Assembly (NCBI GenBank): GCA_963712695.1
Contig: CAVQJD010000011.1
Coordinates: 5,336-69,335 of the forward strand
Direction: 5' to 3'
Length of the DNA stretch: 64,000 nucleotides
Source: an uncultured Gammaproteobacteria bacterium
Lineage (GTDB): Bacteria; Pseudomonadota; Gammaproteobacteria; UBA9214
A program made the position numbers and the translations under genes. This document shows, piece by piece, positions 61,518 through 64,000 of this stretch. Positions within the stretch are counted from its first letter, which is position 1. Every line of letters begins with the position of its first letter. The notes beneath the pieces were generated by a model. That model ran no database searches. It worked only from the letters and a program-made list of their open reading frames with translations, and was not told the origin of the DNA.

Positions 61518-63040
61518 TCCCGCGCCACGGCCTGTACGCGTTCGCGGTCACTGAACGGCAGCGTCCGGTTGCCCACCTGTTGCACGGTTTCGTGACCTTT
61601 GCCGGCAACCAGGACGATATCGTCCGGCCCGGCCGCGTGCATGGCCCAGACGATCGCCCGTGCCCGGTCATGTTCGATATGTACCTTGCGCGGCTGCTTG
61701 ATGCCGGCACAGATATCACTGACGATCTGTTGCGGATCCTCGGTACGCGGATTGTCATCGGCAAGCACCAGATGATCGGCGTTGCATTCGGCGACAGCAC
61801 CCATTTCCGGACGCTTGCCGCGGTCACGATCACCGCCGGCACCGAACACGCACCACAGCTTGCCGCTGCAGTGTGCGCGCAATGACTTCAGGGCGGCCTT
61901 GAGCGCAGCCGGGGTGTGCGCGTAGTCGACCACCACCAGGGGATGGCCGCTGCCGCCGGCGCATGGCTCCATGCGACCGGATACGGTGCGCGTCTGCGCC
62001 AGACGCCGCAGCGCCTCATCGAAGGGCAGACCCGACACGCACAGGCTGGCCAGTGCCGCAAGCAGGTTACTGGCATTGAAACGCCCGAGCAGGTTGCAGC
62101 GCAGCGTGCCGCTGCCCCACGGCGTGACCACATCCAGCTGCATACCGTGCATGTCGGTTTGCAGGTTGCGCCCGATCACCCACTGTGCCGGAAAGCGTGT
62201 ACGGAACGGCTCGTTCTCGAGCCGGTAGGCAACCGGTGCAACACCGGGCGGGATCGCGTCGAGCAATGCGCTGCCGAAACCGTCATCTGCATTGATCACG
62301 GCATAGCGCAGGCCGTCCGTATGAAACAGCTTGCGCTTGGCCTCGGCATAGGCTTCGACATTGCCATGATAGTCAAGGTGGTCGCGCGACAGGTTGGTCA
62401 GTACGGCCAGATCAAAATGCACGCCACGGACACGTCCCTGGTCCATGGCGTGCGAGGAAACCTCGGAAACGACGCAGCGCGCACCGTGCTGCTGCATGGA
62501 AAGCAGGAGCTGCTGCATGGTGAGGGCGTCCGGCGTGGTGTGCGTCGCCCTGTCCAGCTCTCCATACAGGCCATAGCCCAGCGTACCGATCAGACCGCAG
62601 CGGCGATCCGCACTGTCCAGCGCCTGGGCGATGAAATGACTGCACGAGGTCTTGCCGTCGGTACCGGTCACGCCGATCATGAACATGCCACGCGACGGAT
62701 GCCCGTAAAAGCGATCGGCGATCAGGCCAATCACCTGGCCCAGCCGCGGGATCGCCACCACCGGCGCAGGCAGCAGTGCCGCCAGCTCGGCCAGCCCGGC
62801 ATTGCCCTCCACTGGTTCCCATGCCACCGCCACGGCACCCAGTGCAATTGCCTGACGTGCATGCTGCAGTCCGTGTGTGCGCGTCCCCGCCAGCGCCAGG
62901 AACAGGTCGCCCGATTGCACCTTGCGACTGTCCAGCACCAGCCCGGTAACCCGGATGTCAGCGCGCACCGCGGGTCCGCAGAAGTCCTGCAGCAGACCAG
63001 CCAGCGTGTGCGCTGTCTGCATTGTTTTCAGCGCCATCAT
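61505..63040 (-). CDS. murE: UDP-MurNAc-L-Ala-D-Glu--2,6-diaminopimelate ligase MurE
   Basis: 511 aa. GVTGTDGKTS and the DAP-specific region are present, and VDYAHTPAAL is followed by GAGGDRDRGKRPEM (DNPR-type motif LADDNPRTE). Confidence 0.94.
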   Translation of the reverse strand: MMALKTMQTAHTLAGLLQDFCGPAVRADIRVTGLVLDSRKVQSGDLFLALAGTRTHGLQHARQAIALGAVAVAWEPVEGNAGLAELAALLPAPVVAIPRLGQVIGLIADRFYGHPSRGMFMIGVTGTDGKTSCSHFIAQALDSADRRCGLIGTLGYGLYGELDRATHTTPDALTMQQLLLSMQQHGARCVVSEVSSHAMDQGRVRGVHFDLAVLTNLSRDHLDYHGNVEAYAEAKRKLFHTDGLRYAVINADDGFGSALLDAIPPGVAPVAYRLENEPFRTRFPAQWVIGRNLQTDMHGMQLDVVTPWGSGTLRCNLLGRFNASNLLAALASLCVSGLPFDEALRRLAQTRTVSGRMEPCAGGSGHPLVVVDYAHTPAALKAALKSLRAHCSGKLWCVFGAGGDRDRGKRPEMGAVAECNADHLVLADDNPRTEDPQQIVSDICAGIKQPRKVHIEHDRARAIVWAMHAAGPDDIVLVAGKGHETVQQVGNRTLPFSDRERVQAVAREWTP

Positions 63041-64000
63041 GCAGGTTCCTCCGCATTGATACGGCGCGTCTGCAGCAGCGGCACATCGTCCGGCGGCACA
63101 GCCAGCAGGCGCAGCGCCCCGGCCATGACGCGCGAGAACACCGGCGCAGCCACCTGGCCACCGTAGTACTTGCCGGCACCCGGCTCGTCGACCATCACTA
63201 TCATTACCACGCGCGGATCACTGGCGGGCGCCATGCCGGCGAACACCGACAGATACTTGCTGTCCGAATAGCCGCCGGGCTCCGACTTGCGTACCGTCCC
63301 GGTCTTGCCGGCGACACGATAACCGGGCACGCGCGCTTCCGGCGCCGTACCTTCAGGACCAACCGCCTGCTCCAGCATGGCGCGGACTTCACGCGCAATC
63401 GCAGCCGGCATAATGCGGCGCTCCTCGGCGACGCGCACATCGTGCAGAAAGGTGATGGAGCGCCGGATTCCGTCGCTGGCCAGCACGGCATAAGCCTGCG
63501 CGAGTTGCAGCGCGGTGACCGAGACTCCGTAGCCGAATGACAGCGTGGCAGTCTCGATGGCGTTCCAGCCCGAGAAGTGCGGCAACAGTCCGGACGCCTC
63601 GCCGGGAAAGCCGCTGAAGGTCTGCACACCGAATCCGGCATCCGACAGCTCTGTCCAGATTTCCTCGGCGGCAAGCGACAGTGCAATCTTGGCAATACCC
63701 ACGTTACTGGACTTGCGGATGACCCCGGCCACATCCAGTTCACCGTAATCATGCACGTCACGCACCGTGTTCACACCCACACGCATCCAGCCCGGCGAGG
63801 TACTGACCGGCGTATGTGGCTGGTAGCGCCCGCTGGCCAGTGCGGTGGCGACAACGAACGGTTTCATGGTGGAACCCGGCTCGAACACATCTGTAACAGC
63901 GCGGTTGCGCATGTCGCTGCTTTGCAGGTCCTGGCGGTTGTTGGGATTGAACGATGGCTGGTTGACCATTGCCAGTATTTCACCGCTTTTCACGTCAAGC
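63037..64000 (-). CDS. ftsI: Peptidoglycan D,D-transpeptidase FtsI (PBP3), C-terminal part; the gene continues beyond the right edge
   Basis: Transpeptidase motifs are present: FEPGSTMKPF (SxxK), SSNVG (SxN), and KTGTV (KTG). The reading frame is open to the window end. Confidence 0.92.
   Translation of the reverse strand, partial: LDVKSGEILAMVNQPSFNPNNRQDLQSSDMRNRAVTDVFEPGSTMKPFVVATALASGRYQPHTPVSTSPGWMRVGVNTVRDVHDYGELDVAGVIRKSSNVGIAKIALSLAAEEIWTELSDAGFGVQTFSGFPGEASGLLPHFSGWNAIETATLSFGYGVSVTALQLAQAYAVLASDGIRRSITFLHDVRVAEERRIMPAAIAREVRAMLEQAVGPEGTAPEARVPGYRVAGKTGTVRKSEPGGYSDSKYLSVFAGMAPASDPRVVMIVMVDEPGAGKYYGGQVAAPVFSRVMAGALRLLAVPPDDVPLLQTRRINAEEPA

Noticed and set aside
61916-63166. 416-aa plus-strand ORF antisense to murE (similar ones lie opposite murC, murG, ftsW, murD, murF)
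   Set aside because: All lie opposite dcw genes with canonical motifs and show no motifs of their own. I treat them as compositional artefacts.

Overview
High-GC chromosomal segment, gammaproteobacterium-like, with gene order closely matching Pseudomonas. It is almost entirely coding (about 60 genes) and mostly housekeeping. Left to right: tolA (partial)-tolR-tolQ-ybgC-ruvB-ruvA-ruvC-yebC on the minus strand; an inserted membrane-anchored SGNH hydrolase; aspS; an FmdB zinc-ribbon protein; an Atm1-type ABC exporter; a small outer-membrane beta-barrel; an SDR; clpB with a sigma32-like promoter; ZIP transporter-pgeF-rluD; bamD; nadE; sucDC; PP0621-pilS-pilR-pilA; an 8-gene sugar-biosynthesis/glycosyltransferase island; pilB-pilC-pilD-coaE-zapD-yacG; argJ; secA; an M23 peptidase; a DUF721/DciA-like gene; lpxC; and the dcw cluster ftsZ-ftsA-ftsQ-ddl-murB-murC-murG-ftsW-murD-mraY-murF-murE-ftsI (partial). 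I saw no rRNA, tRNA, CRISPR array, transposase or integrase. The best candidate for something new is the island between pilA and pilB (27405-35920). It encodes a TMTC/PMT-like GT-C membrane protein with C-terminal TPRs, coupled to a GtrB/DPM1-like polyprenyl-phosphate sugar synthase. Opposite them is a convergent operon for a CDP-activated, C-methylated, epimerised 6-deoxyhexose plus a second GT2 and a flippase-like membrane protein. I read this as a possible pilin glycosylation system of non-canonical composition. Other observations: (1) yebC has two compensating frameshifts that put the conserved NPRLR motif out of frame. (2) pgeF has a homopolymer frameshift that removes its conserved C-terminus. 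(3) A dispersed inverted-repeat family built from three CACGGAA units at about 10-bp spacing occurs at two loci, one of which carries a (TCACGTC)x5.9 heptamer microsatellite. (4) A perfect 30-bp inverted repeat lies between SDR and clpB. (5) A cluster of TGTSACA palindromes upstream of pilA is likely the PilR operator. All functional calls rest on my recognition of motifs in the supplied translations. No database search was run.
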